From Mobula hypostoma (Eukaryota): a DNA stretch of 64,000 nt. Location of the stretch: the NCBI RefSeq assembly GCF_963921235.1, contig NC_086097.1:143222001-143286000 (forward strand), given 5' to 3'. Shown here piece by piece: positions 1 through 10,822 of this stretch. The stretch's first letter is position 1, and every line of letters starts with the position of its first letter. Made by a program: the position numbers and the translations under genes. The notes under the pieces are model-generated. The model was given only the letters and a program-made list of their open reading frames with translations, was not told where the DNA came from and ran no database searches.

Positions 1-1306
1 ATAAATACATAGCCTATATAAAGTAGAAATACTTCTCTACCTTCATTGCTGCACTGTTCTCCGTAGCGAAAATCTCATGCAAGGGCTCTCGGCAGAAACA
101 CTCTCTCCAGTAACCTTTAAGCTATGAAGCCGCCAGATCATACCAAATAACACATAAAAATACACAGCCTATATAAAGTAGAAATAATGTATGTACAGTA
201 GTATCGCTTACCGGAATTGGGAAGACAGTAATGAGCACACTGATGATGGTGCATTAGGCTGAGTCGTCGGAGGTTGGGGTGGTGCAGTGGCCCCCACCCT
301 CCGGGCAGCGAACCGATACCGATCAGCGAAACATGCAGGGACACAGCGGTGGCTGGGACTCACCCAACACATCTTTAAGAAAAAAGTCGAAATAAACAAG
401 CTAATTAATTACGTGCTGGGTGGCACCTAATTAATTACCTTGTTTACTTCAGCTTTTTTCTTAAAGATGTGCTGGGTGCGTCCCGGCTACCGCTGCATTC
501 TCCGCGGCAATGTATTGGTCCGTGGCCCGGGGATTGGAGTGGTGGGACACTGGGGTGTCATCTCCTCGTCGATCAGGGCAGGCAGGTCATCTTCTTCTAT
601 GTCTGCCTGACTCGATGTGGAAGGTCGAGGTTCGTCGTTTGCTGTGGCTGATTGGAAGGCTTGCTTGACTGCTTAGCTTCGTGCATTTTCTATCATACAG
701 TTCTCTGTAAGCACTCAAACCATCCTGCAAATATGTCCTAAACCGACGTACCCTTTCAAAATCAAAGTCGTCCGTTTCTGCAGTCATTGCAGCGAAAATC
801 TCACGCAGTTGCTTCACGTTCAGTTCCTGGACGACTTCACTTTCAGTCTGTTCACTACTGCATTCGGTTTCGATTATTATCCTTTCTTCTTCCAATTGCA
901 TCAGCCCTTCATCTGTCAGTTCTTGGTCATGGGATGCCATAACCCCTTCAACATCATCTTCGTCAACTTCCACAAGCCAAACTCACTTTGTCCTTGCTTC
1001 GTTCACCACGATTGAAACACTTAATTATGTCTAGTTTTACGCTAAGTGTAACACCCTTACGAGCTCTTTTAGGCTTTCCCGATATCTTAGAACTCATCTT
1101 GCTAACGGCTGCTCACAGACACGTGTTTAAGCAATGCTGGCTAGAATGCAGTTCCGAATCTGGGGGAAGAGCGGCTGCTTGGGGCGCGAGCTGCTTTTTT
1201 TGTAACAATGAAAACACCTTCTGTTAGTGAAAACAGGTAACTAATGTAGGTCTTTCGTAACAGTGAGGTTTCGTAAAGCGAACGTTCGAAAACCAGGGGA
1301 CATCTG
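1..1306 (-). mobile_element. Tigger/pogo-family DNA transposon, internally deleted; other end outside the window
   Basis: Terminus TA|CAGATGTCCCCTGGTTTTCGAACG on - strand (TA at 1307-1308); ORF 587-973 EVDEDDVEGVMASHDQELTDEGLMQLEEE resembles the Tigger/TIGD1 C-terminus. Confidence 0.75.
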
Positions 1307-1308
1307 TA

Positions 1309-1631
1309 TCAAACAATATACAAAGTGTGAGTAAAGAAATATACTTTATAGTAATTCTTGGTGATGGGTTCATAGAAACAACTAAAAGAAAAGGTGCCAC
1401 ATAAGTAAACTTAGCAGTCTTGTGCACATGATACTTCAATACGTTGGAGCTCATGCCTCCGATTCCATCCACAACGTCCTTCTGAGACTTCAGCCACCAC
1501 CTGAACCGCCGAGGCCCGGTATCTGCCGCCCTGAAACCGCTGTCTGTTCCCCACACATCCGTCCTCTCCACTCGCCTCCCGAAAAAGCCCGCGAGCCCCA
1601 GCTCGGCACACACATACAAGATAGCGTAACA
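1309..1631 (-). mobile_element. LTR 5' portion, apparently interrupted by the Tigger
   Basis: Starts TGTTACG on - strand; shares gctccaacg..tgtgcaca..agactg with the solo LTR at 36189. Confidence 0.5.
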
Positions 1632-2649
1632 TAACTTCCACTGGTTAGTTCCTCCATTATCTATAACTATAACCCAAATATTTTAGCTACAGAGAACATT
1701 ACCTCATAGTTGCCATTACTAAGAAGCCATTTCATTATAACACTTCAGAGAAGCCATTTTATAATAAACAGTTAACAGTCTGGTTAATATTACTGAGAAC
1801 CCTACAATTATCAAACAAAACTATACACTGTTGGAGTGTTTTATTCGGCCCACCTTATCTATGAAAGAATTACCTGCTTAGGCTTGTACACCTATAAAAA
1901 TAGTTTCCATTTGTATGCTATTATTTTGTTTCTACTGCTAATGCAAGTTAGATTTTTATGTTCAGGACCCATTTTTAAATAAATCCTCACCCCACTCACC
2001 TTTCCTAATTATATTAAATTTATCCTCATTGATCAGTGGAATTAGCAATCACAATAACAGTCCTAATCTTCCTCCACTGTGCTTAGCTACCCCATCTATT
2101 CTGTGATGGACTTAGATCTGGCTTTGATATTTTTATTTACAGAATACATTTCTCATGTCAGAGCATATTTACTCGAACAATGAAGGGAAAAGTATGATAA
2201 ATCCGTCCAGATGGTTGGACATCTGTGATTACATTCTGGGTTGACTTAGGAAATGGAACGTAACAAGGAAACAGTTTTTCCTTAACTGTGCCAAACTCAT
2301 AGTATTAAAAATCAATTAAGTTGGAGTTGAGCACAAGTAGAACATGTCACTGGGCATGCAGCATACCATAAACGTGAGTGTCTGTAAATGATCACAAATC
2401 TGAACTTTACTTAAATGATCTCTTTAATGTTTTGACGGTCCACTACCTTTCTCCCTGTTTGTATGAATACATAATAATATTGTCTTCTCTGAATTACTCC
2501 AATCCACTAGAGAAAGGATCTGTCTTAACATATTGAGTCTGTTTCTAATCTGCTTTTGTTAGAGTTCAGAATCAGAATTGAGTTTAATATCCCGTTATCT
2601 GTCGTGAAATTTGTTGTTTTGCGGCAGCAGTACATTGCAATACATGATG

Positions 2650-3615
2650 ATGCCAACTAGTGGAATGGTGTCGCAGCAACAACCTGGCAGTCAACGTCAG
2701 TAAGCCGAAAGAGCTGATTGTGGACTTCAGGAAGAGTAAGATGAAGGAACACATACCAATCTTCATAGAGGCATCAGAAGTGGAGAGAGTGAGCAGCTTC
2801 AAGTTCCTGGGTGTCAAGATCTCTGAAGATCTAACCTGGTCCCAACATATTGATGTAATTATAAAGAAGGCAAGACAGTGGCTATACTTTATTAGGAGTT
2901 TGAAGAGATTTGGCATGTGAACAAATACACTCAAAAACTTCTATAGTTGTACTGTGGAGAGCATTCTGACAGGCTGCATCAGTGTCTGGTATGGAGGGGC
3001 TACTGCACAGGACCGAAAGAAGCTGCAGAAGGTTGTAAATCTAGTCAACTCCATCTTGGGTACTAGCCTACAAAGTACCCAGGACATCTTTAGGGAGTGG
3101 TGTCTCAGAAAGGCAGCGTCCATTATTAGGGACCTCCAGCACCCAGGGCATGCCCTTTTCTCACTGTTACCATCAGGCAGGAGGTACAGAAGCCTGAAGG
3201 CACACACTCAGCGATTCAGGAACGGGTTCTTCCCCTCTGCCATCCGATTCCTAAATGGACATCAAAGCTTTGGACACTACCTCACTTTTTCTAATATACA
3301 GTATTTCTGTTTTTGCCCTTTTTAAAAATGTATTCGATATATGTAAACAACAGGAATTCTGCAGATGCTGGAAATTCAAGCAACACACATCAAAGTTGCT
3401 GGTGAACGCAGCAGGCCAAGCAGCATCTGTAGGAAGAGGTGCAGTCGACGTTTCAGGCCGAGACCCTTCGTTCGATATATGTAATTGATTTACCTGTTTC
3501 TTATGTTTTATTTTATTATTTTCTCTGCTAGATTACGTATTGCATTGAACTGCTGCTGCTAAGTTAACAAATTTCACGTCACAGCTGGTGATAATAAACC
3601 TCATTCTGATTCTGG
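2650..3615 (+). mobile_element. Rex1/Babar LINE, 5'-truncated, relatively young
   Basis: WCRSNNLAVNVSKPKELIVDFRK...FKFLGV...HPGHALFSLLPSGRRYRS; tail ataataaacc..attctgattctg; an inverted 3'-end piece lies at about 2564-2645. Confidence 0.85.
3347..3470 (-). mobile_element. PLE 3'-terminal mini-insertion truncated inside its hammerhead
   Basis: 14-bp TSD ttcgatatatgtaa at 3333-3346 and 3471-3484; same family as the PLE ends at 6260 and 43250. Confidence 0.85.
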
Positions 3616-3619
3616 TAAA

Positions 3620-6050
3620 GCATATGTGTGTGTGTTTAAATATATTAAGTAGTGCAAAAAGAGAGCAAAAACAATAGTGAGGTGGTATTCATTGTCCATT
3701 CAGAAATCTGATGACTGAGGGGATGAAGTTGTGTCTGAAACACTGTTGTGTGCCTTGAGGTTTCTGTACCACCACCTTGATGGTAGCAGTGGGAAGAGGC
3801 TATGTCATGAGTGATGGGAATCCTTAATGATGGATGCTGGCTTTTACGAGGCATTGCCTTTGAAGGTGTCCTTGATGCTGGGGAGGCTAGTGCTCATGAT
3901 GGAGCTGGCTGAGTTTACAACTTCCTGAAGCTTTCTCCCAACTCTGTTCAGTGACCCCTCCATACCAGATGGAAACACAACCAGTTAGAATGCTGTCTTT
4001 GGTGACATACCAAATCTCCTCAAACTCCTAATGAAATATAACTGCTGTTGTGCCTTCTTTATAGTTGTATCAATATGTTGGGCCATGAAAGATCTTCAGC
4101 GATGTTGACATGCAGGGACTTGAAACAGCTCACCCTTTCCACCGATGAGGACTGGTGTGTGTTCCGTCAACTTCCCCTTCCTGAAGTCCACAATCAATTC
4201 CTTCATCTTACTGACAATGAGTGCAGGATTGTTGTTGCGACATTGCTCAACCAGCTGATCTGTCTTGCTCCTGTAAGCTGCCTCGTCACCATCTGAAATT
4301 CTGCCAACAGTAGTTGTGTAATTGGCAAATTTATAGATGGGGTTTGAGCTGTCCTTAGCCATGCAGTTGGAGTGTAGAAAGAGTAAAGCAGTGGGCTAAG
4401 CACACGCCCTTGAGGTGCACCAGTGTTGATTTTCAGTGAGGAGGAGATGTTATTTCTGATCCGCATTGATTGTGATCTGGTGAGGAAGTCAAGGATCCAG
4501 TTGCAAAGGGGGCTACAGAAACCCAGTTTTGGGGCTTGTTGATCAGAACTGAGGGTATGATTATGTTGAATGCTGAGCTATAATCAATAAACAGTGCACT
4601 GATGTAGGTATTACTATTATCCAGGTGATTCTAGGCCAAATGGAGACTCAGTGAGATTGCATCCACTGTAGGTCTATTGTGGTGATAGGCAAATTGCAGT
4701 GGGCCCAGGTCCTTACTGAGGCAGTTGTTGATGCCAGCCATGACCAACCTTTCAAAAGCACTTCAGTATAGTAGATGTGAGTGCAACTAGTTGATAGTCA
4801 TTGAGGCAGCACACCCTTCTCTTCTTGGGTACTGGTATGATTGTTTCCTTTTGAAGCTGGTAGTAACTTCCAACTGTAGCAGTGGGAGAATGAAGAAGTC
4901 CTTGAACGTTCCCATCAGCTGGTTGGCACAGGTTTTCAGCACCCTACCAGGTACACATCAGAGCCTGATGCTTTGTGAGGGTTCACCCTCTTGAACGATG
5001 TTCTGACATCGGCCTCCGTGACAGATCACAGGGTCACAAGATGTTGCAGAGATTCACTCAGGTGTAGTTTATTCTCCCTTTCAAAGCATCCGTAAAAGGC
5101 CATTGAACTCATTTGGGAGTGAAGCATCAGTGATTCATGATGTTAGGTTATACCTTGTAGGAAGTTATGGGAAATAATGCATCCAACTTCAATTGGAATT
5201 GTTTTTTCAAACTTTAAAATGTCTATCCGTATGTTGTACCTGGATTTCTTGTATAGTTCTGGGTCACTGACTTGATACCACAGATCTAGTCCTCAGCAGT
5301 CTAAGCATCTCCTGGTTCATCCACAGCTTTTGGTTTGGCTATGTTTGGTATGTTCCCGAAGGCGCACACTCATCCACACAGGTCTTGAAGTTGGTGACAA
5401 CTGTGGTGTATTCACTCAAATTCAAAGATGAATCCCTGAATATTATCCAGTCCATAGACTCGAGCAGTCCAGTAAGCACTTCTCCATCTCCGTTGACCAC
5501 ACCTTGGTCCTCACCTCTGCTGCTGAGGTCTAAGTCTCTGACTGTCTGCTGGGAGTAGAAATGCAGCCAGGTGGTTGAACTTTCCAAAGTGTGGGTGTGG
5601 GATGGTATGGCAAGCATCCTTGATGGTTGTATAACAGTGGTGAAGTATGTTGGCATCTCTGGTTTCACAGGTGATATGTTGGTGGTAGTTGTCAGAGACT
5701 TCTTTAAGCTGGCCTGGTAGAGATCTCCTGGGTGTATTGTTTCTTAACTGCTGATTATGGTGCTCAGCTCCTCTAGTGAATGACGTTGGCCAAATGTGGA
5801 ATGTATACCACTATAGCATGATGGTGGGAAAACTCCCTTGGCAGATAAAATAGATGAGACTTGACTGCTAGATGTTCCAGATTGGGTGAGCAGGATTGTG
5901 ACTGAACTGCCACGTTTTTGTGCCACAATGAGTTAATACACCATCTCAACCTTTAAATGACCTGGTTGTCCTGTCTTTGCAGAGAATGATGAAGCCATTT
6001 GGAGTGAAATGATGGGGATGAACCATGCTTCTCGGAAGCAAAGTGCACGC
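3620..6050 (-). mobile_element. Degenerate Rex1/Babar LINE (endonuclease to RT to 3' end)
   Basis: [31 protein letters not shown], endonuclease remnants near 5950-6040. Confidence 0.8.
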
Positions 6051-6209
6051 AGTCCAAAGAAAGACTGCACCCAACAAGACAGACAAATAGCCAATGTGCA
6101 AAAGACAACGAGCTGTGAAAGTAGAAAAAGAAATAATAATATATAAGCAACACACATAAAGTTGCTGGTTGAACGCAGCAGGCCAAGCAGCATCTATAGG
6201 AAGAGGCGC

Positions 6210-6245
6210 AGTCGACGTTTCAGGCCGAGACCCTTCGTCAGGACT
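6210..6245 (-). ncRNA. Minimal type I hammerhead ribozyme motif (PLE)
   Basis: Reverse complement agtc-CTGACGA-agggtctcggcct-GAAA-cg-TC/gact. Confidence 0.78.
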
Positions 6246-6272
6246 AACTGAAGGAAGACTCTTCCTTCAGTT

Positions 6273-6308
6273 AGTCCTGACGAAGGGTCTCGACCTGAAA
6301 CGTCGACT
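6273..6308 (+). ncRNA. Minimal type I hammerhead ribozyme motif (PLE)
   Basis: agtc-CTGACGA-agggtctcgacct-GAAA-cg-TC/gact; stem I agtc:gact. Confidence 0.75.
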
Positions 6309-7752
6309 GCGCCTCTTCCTATAGATGCTGCTTGGCCTGCTGCGTTCAACCAGCAACTTTATGTGTGTTGCTTGAATTTCCAGCATCTGCAGAATTCCTG
6401 TTGTTTGCGTAATAATATATAAGCAGTAAAAACCAAGAACGTGAGATGAAGTGTCCTTGAAAGTGAGTCCATAGGTTGTGGGAGCAGTTCAATGATGGGG
6501 TGAGTGTAGTTATTCCTTCTGGTTCATGAGCCAGATGATTGAGAAGTAATAACTGTTCCTGAACCAGGTGGTGTGGGCCCTGATGATCCAGTACCACCTT
6601 CCTGATGGCAGCAGTAAGAAGAGGGCATGACCTGGATGGTAGGGGTTCTTGATGATGGATGCTACTTTCTTATGACTGTGCTCAGTGGCAAGGAGAACTT
6701 TATCTGTGATGAACTGTACTATATCCACTACTTTTTGTAGGATTTTCCATTCAAGGGTATTGATGTTTGCATACCAGGTCATGAAGCAACTGGTCAATAT
6801 ACTCTCCACCACGCAAGAGGTTTGTCATAGATGTCATTCCAAATGTTCACCAACTTCTAAGGAAGAAGAAATGTTGCCATGCTTTCTTCATAACTGCACT
6901 TGTGTGCTGGGCCCAGGACAGATCCACTAAATGGTAACATGGAGGAATTTAAAGTCACTGACCCTCACCACCTCAGATCCCCTGATGATGAACGGTTGGC
7001 TCCTGGACCTCCAGTTTCCTCTTCCTTTCCTATGATGGTATTGAATGCTGAGTTGTAATCGATAAACAGCAGCTTTTCAAACATCAGTTTAAATTACATT
7101 CAGTTAGGCAGTGTTAAATATATACAGTAATTGTCAGCAACTTGTTGGCAGTAGATAGTCTTGAATGTATACCGTATCCTCGGATAATTTTACGTAGGAG
7201 GTGATGGATATTTTTGCTGATCAGCTCTTTTATTTTGTTTCCTTTGCTCTTACTATTTATTTCCCTTTCCTCCTGTCTCATCAGCATTCCCCATTTTTTC
7301 CCCCTCCCTTCTTCCTAACTGCAATTCATTTTCTTCCTCTCCACATGCATTGATTTAGGTGCCGTTTTCATTTAACCAGTTAATGTCGTTTATCCCTGAT
7401 ATCTGGTTAAGAGCCTCTTGGGGCTATTTGAAACAAGGCCATATTTGTTGAGTTTTCTAAACCACATTGACCCTCCACCAGTGCTTTTTCTGTAAATTAG
7501 CTTGATTGGATCTTTGGTTCCATTGCTGTCTGTGGATATTTGTTGTCCTCATTTTGACTTCTCACTCAAAAAAAGTGATTGAACTCTAAGTGCAGCAAAG
7601 TTTAAATGATGTTACTGGGTTTAGAGGGCTTGAGTTATGAAGAGAGGCTGGGCCATGACTCTTAGGCTGGGACTGTTTACCCTCAAGCAAAGCAAGCGGG
7701 GGGGGTGATCGTTATCAAAATAATAAGAGGCAGTGATCAGCTGGGTCGTCAC

Positions 7753-7967
7753 AAACAAGAGAAAATCTGCAGATGCTAGAAATCCAAGCAATGCACACAA
7801 TGCTGGAGGAACTCAGCAGGCCGGGCAGCATCTATGGGGGAGAAAAAGTACAGTCAACATTTCGGGCAGAGACCCTTCAAGACTCAGGTCTCAGCCCGAA
7901 ATGTCAACTGTACTTTTTTCCATAGATGCTGCCTGGCCTGCTGTATTCCTCCAGCATTTTGTGTGTT
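7753..7967. mobile_element. Older inverted PLE end insertion with decayed hammerheads
   Basis: Imperfect palindrome; diverged 14-bp TSD agctgggtcgtcac (7739-7752) and agctaggtagtcac (7968-7981). Confidence 0.75.
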
Positions 7968-8112
7968 AGCTAGGTAGTCACTGTCATTTAGAGGGTGTGG
8001 ATTTAAGCTGAGGCAAAGATTTAAAGGGGCAGGTTTTTTTTAAATACAGAGGGCGGTGGGTATATGAAACAAGTTCTCAGATGAAATATTGAAATGCGTG
8101 CAGTTGCAGTCT

Positions 8113-8416
8113 GTGTGGGCACATGGCCAAGTGGTTAAGGCATTGGACTAGCGACCTGAAGGTCATGAGTTTGAGCCCCAGCCAAGGCAACATGTTGTGT
8201 CCTTGAGCAAGGCACTTAATCCCACATTGCTCTGCGACGACACTGGTACCAAGCTGTATGGGTCCTAATGCCTTTCCTTTGGACAACATTGGTGTCGTGG
8301 AGAGGGGAGACGCAGCATGGGCAACTGCTGGTCTTCCATACAACCTTGCCCAGGCCTGCACCCTGCAGAGTGAAGACTTTCCAGGCACAGGTCCATGGTC
8401 TCGCAAGACTAACGGA
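8113..8416 (+). mobile_element. tRNA-derived SINE with CORE-like segment
   Basis: A box TGGCCAAGTGG (8124), B-box-like GAGTTTGAGCC, CORE-like tgtgtccttgagcaaggcacttaa; TSD-like tgcagtct/tgcaatct. Confidence 0.75.
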
Positions 8417-8452
8417 TGCAATCTTTGAGAGACGTTTGGACTTGGATTTTTT

Positions 8453-9120
8453 AGATTAGATTAGATTATGAGGACACTCAGTCCTTGTTTATTGTCATTT
8501 AGAAATGCATTAAAAAATAATACAACTTTCCTCCAGAATGATATCACAAGAAACACAGGACAAACCAAGACTAAAACTGACAAAACCACATAATTATGAC
8601 ATATAGTTACAACAGTGCAAAGCAATACCATAACTTGATAAAGAGCAGACCATGGGCACGGTTTTAAAAAAAAAAAGTCTCAAAGTCCTGATAGCCTCAT
8701 CGTCTCACGCAGGCGGTAGGAGGGAGAAACTCTCCCTGCCATGAACCTCCAAGCTCCACAAACTTGCCGATGCAGCACCATTGGAAGCACCCGACCGCAG
8801 CGGACTCTGAGTTGGTCCGAAAACTTCGAGCCTCCAACCAGCCTCTCCAAGCACCATCCTCTGCCGAGCGCTTCAACCCCGCCCTGGCTGCCGAGCAACA
8901 AGCAAAGCTGAGGACTCGGGGCCTTCCCCTCCAGAGATTCTGGACCACACAGTAGCAGCAGCAACGAAGCAAGTATTTCAGAAGTTTCACTAGATGTTCC
9001 TCTGTGCTCTCACGTCCATCTCCCTCAAACCAGGATTGTGCACGGCACCCTACTTGACAAATAACAGACATCACCACCGGAGTGGCCGCTGCGAGCTGCG
9101 TCGTGTCACCATCTTCTCCT
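8453..9120 (-). mobile_element. Non-autonomous retroposon with (AATCT)n tail
   Basis: Second copy at 56570-57125; LINE-like 5' end aagatggtgacacgacgcagctcgcagcggcc; no Pol III boxes seen. Confidence 0.65.
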
Positions 9121-9269
9121 CCCTAGGATAGATAGGATAGGAAAGACTTGGTGTGAAATAGTCAAGACACAGGCAAATATGACAAACTCATGAAGGTACC
9201 TTGGTCAACATGGATAAGTAGAGCCGAAGGGCCTATTTCTTTGCTGTTTAACTCTGAAAATAATTCTAA

Positions 9270-9930
9270 TTTGAACCCGTTGTACTTCAGCAGGACCAGG
9301 ACAACTATTCTAGCGGGGGTTTGCTTGGGCTAAAGGGGAGGGGTTAAGCTAGTTTGTTAAGAGAATAGGAACTTCAAATTTGGAAAGGAGACAGATGAAG
9401 CAAGAACTGGATGTTAAAGTATTAAATTACAAAAAAAGTTGAGCAATAGAGGGAGTTAAAGTGTTAAAAGATGTTGCAATAGAAAATTAAAAGTATTATA
9501 TCTAAATGCTCACTGCTTTCGTAGTAAAGCAGCACAAGTAGAAGTAAACAGATATGATCTCATTGCACATGGCTGCAGTGCGACTAAAGTTAGAAGCTAA
9601 GTATTCCATTATTCTATATTTAGGCAGACAAAAAGGAAAAGGGTGTGAAAAGTTATCTTGACAAGACAGGTCATGATGCTAAATTTGAAACATTTTGGGT
9701 TAAGCTTTATATTTAAAAAAAAGCTGGGGTGAAAATATTGATGGAAGTTACTCCTTGGCCAAGAAATGATAGTTGTAACATTGGGTGTGGCAAAAATGAT
9801 GAAATTAGATGTGTGTAATGGCAGTACAGTAATTATGGAATTATAAATTATATGTTGATAGCACTGGAAGATGAAGTCATAGAATGCATTTAAGATGCTT
9901 TTCCGGATCAGTATTTTGAGGAGCTAATGG
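9270..9930 (+). mobile_element. Highly degenerate CR1 ORF1-end/endonuclease fragment
   Basis: tatctaaatgct (YLNA), gatatgatctcattgc, gaatgcatttaagatgcttttccggatcagtat resemble the CR1 EN at 12916-13500. Confidence 0.55.
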
Positions 9931-10822
9931 AGCTTTTCCAGTCAAGATGGCGCCAGCGTACAGTGTTCCCTTGGTTGACATCTTCCAGATAGCCCACGAA
10001 AAAGTCTGTTTTACTACTGTTATGCCTGCTTTTCATCTTGTGTGTTTCCGTGACTGGTAGAGCCTGTGATTTTCAGTCTAGAGATCAACTGAATGATCCA
10101 GCACTTTGTTGTCTCCGAGAAGATTCCGTGATGTGAGAGCATACTAGGATGGCCTTGAGCCGATGTTCAACTCCATTTTGCCAGTTAAAGTGTCCATTAA
10201 TTGCAGATTAAAGCATCGAGCAAGATTGAGACATCAAGACTAATGCGGAAGGCGAGCTAGAGTTCATGGCTGACTGACGGCCTTTTGATTGTTGCCAGAG
10301 AAGGGATTTGTGAGTGTCCTATCACCGTGTGGCTCGCTGTGCAGGCGGGTAGGCCTCTCTACTTTCGAGTGGTGTCATTTTCTTTTGATGGAGGATGTTA
10401 CAATGTTTCTGTGTTATCGATTGGACTATTGCATTTATGGACTGCACTTTCTCAGACTTACAGTTTTTATATTGCGTTTTTCACCTGTTCTTTTTCATTT
10501 TGTTGTAAGAGGGAAGGGGCTTGGGGTTTGACGTTCTAATTGCATTCTGTTAGTTATTTTGAGTCGGAAGGGGTTTGGAGTCTTAAATTGTTCCATTTTG
10601 TGCAGGGGAGGGGGTTTGGGAGTTGATGATTGAGATCCTCTTATTTGTGTACAGGAGGGTAGGTGGGTAGGTTTGATTTTTCTCTCTGAACAACTTTCAT
10701 GTTAGTGAGGCATTGAGAGTGAGGATAGTCAGAGGCTTTTTCCCAAGGCTGAAATGACTAACATGAGAGGGCACAGTTTTAAGGTGCTTGGGATTAGGTA
10801 CAGAGAAGATGTCAGGGGTAAG

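Larger units (their letters stand above)
6150..6409. mobile_element. Inverted (head-to-head) PLE pseudo-LTR insertion
   Basis: Arms 6145-6258 and 6260-6373 are reverse complements with one mismatch; 16-bp TSD taataatatataagca at 6134-6149 and 6410-6425. Confidence 0.9.
6052..7075 (-). mobile_element. Rex1/Babar LINE 3' fragment hosting the PLE palindrome
   Basis: VESILTSCFMTWY...HPGHALFLLLPSGRWY. Confidence 0.75.

Noticed and set aside
8113..8200. tRNA gene (also 16195, 50748, 62560)
   Set aside because: A/B boxes run into SINE bodies and no complete cloverleaf is evident
9940..10700. caagatggcgcc as CCDC12 exon 1 or start codon
   Set aside because: Does not encode the expected RLEEEALRRKERL-like N-terminus; looks like a LINE 5' UTR of uncertain family
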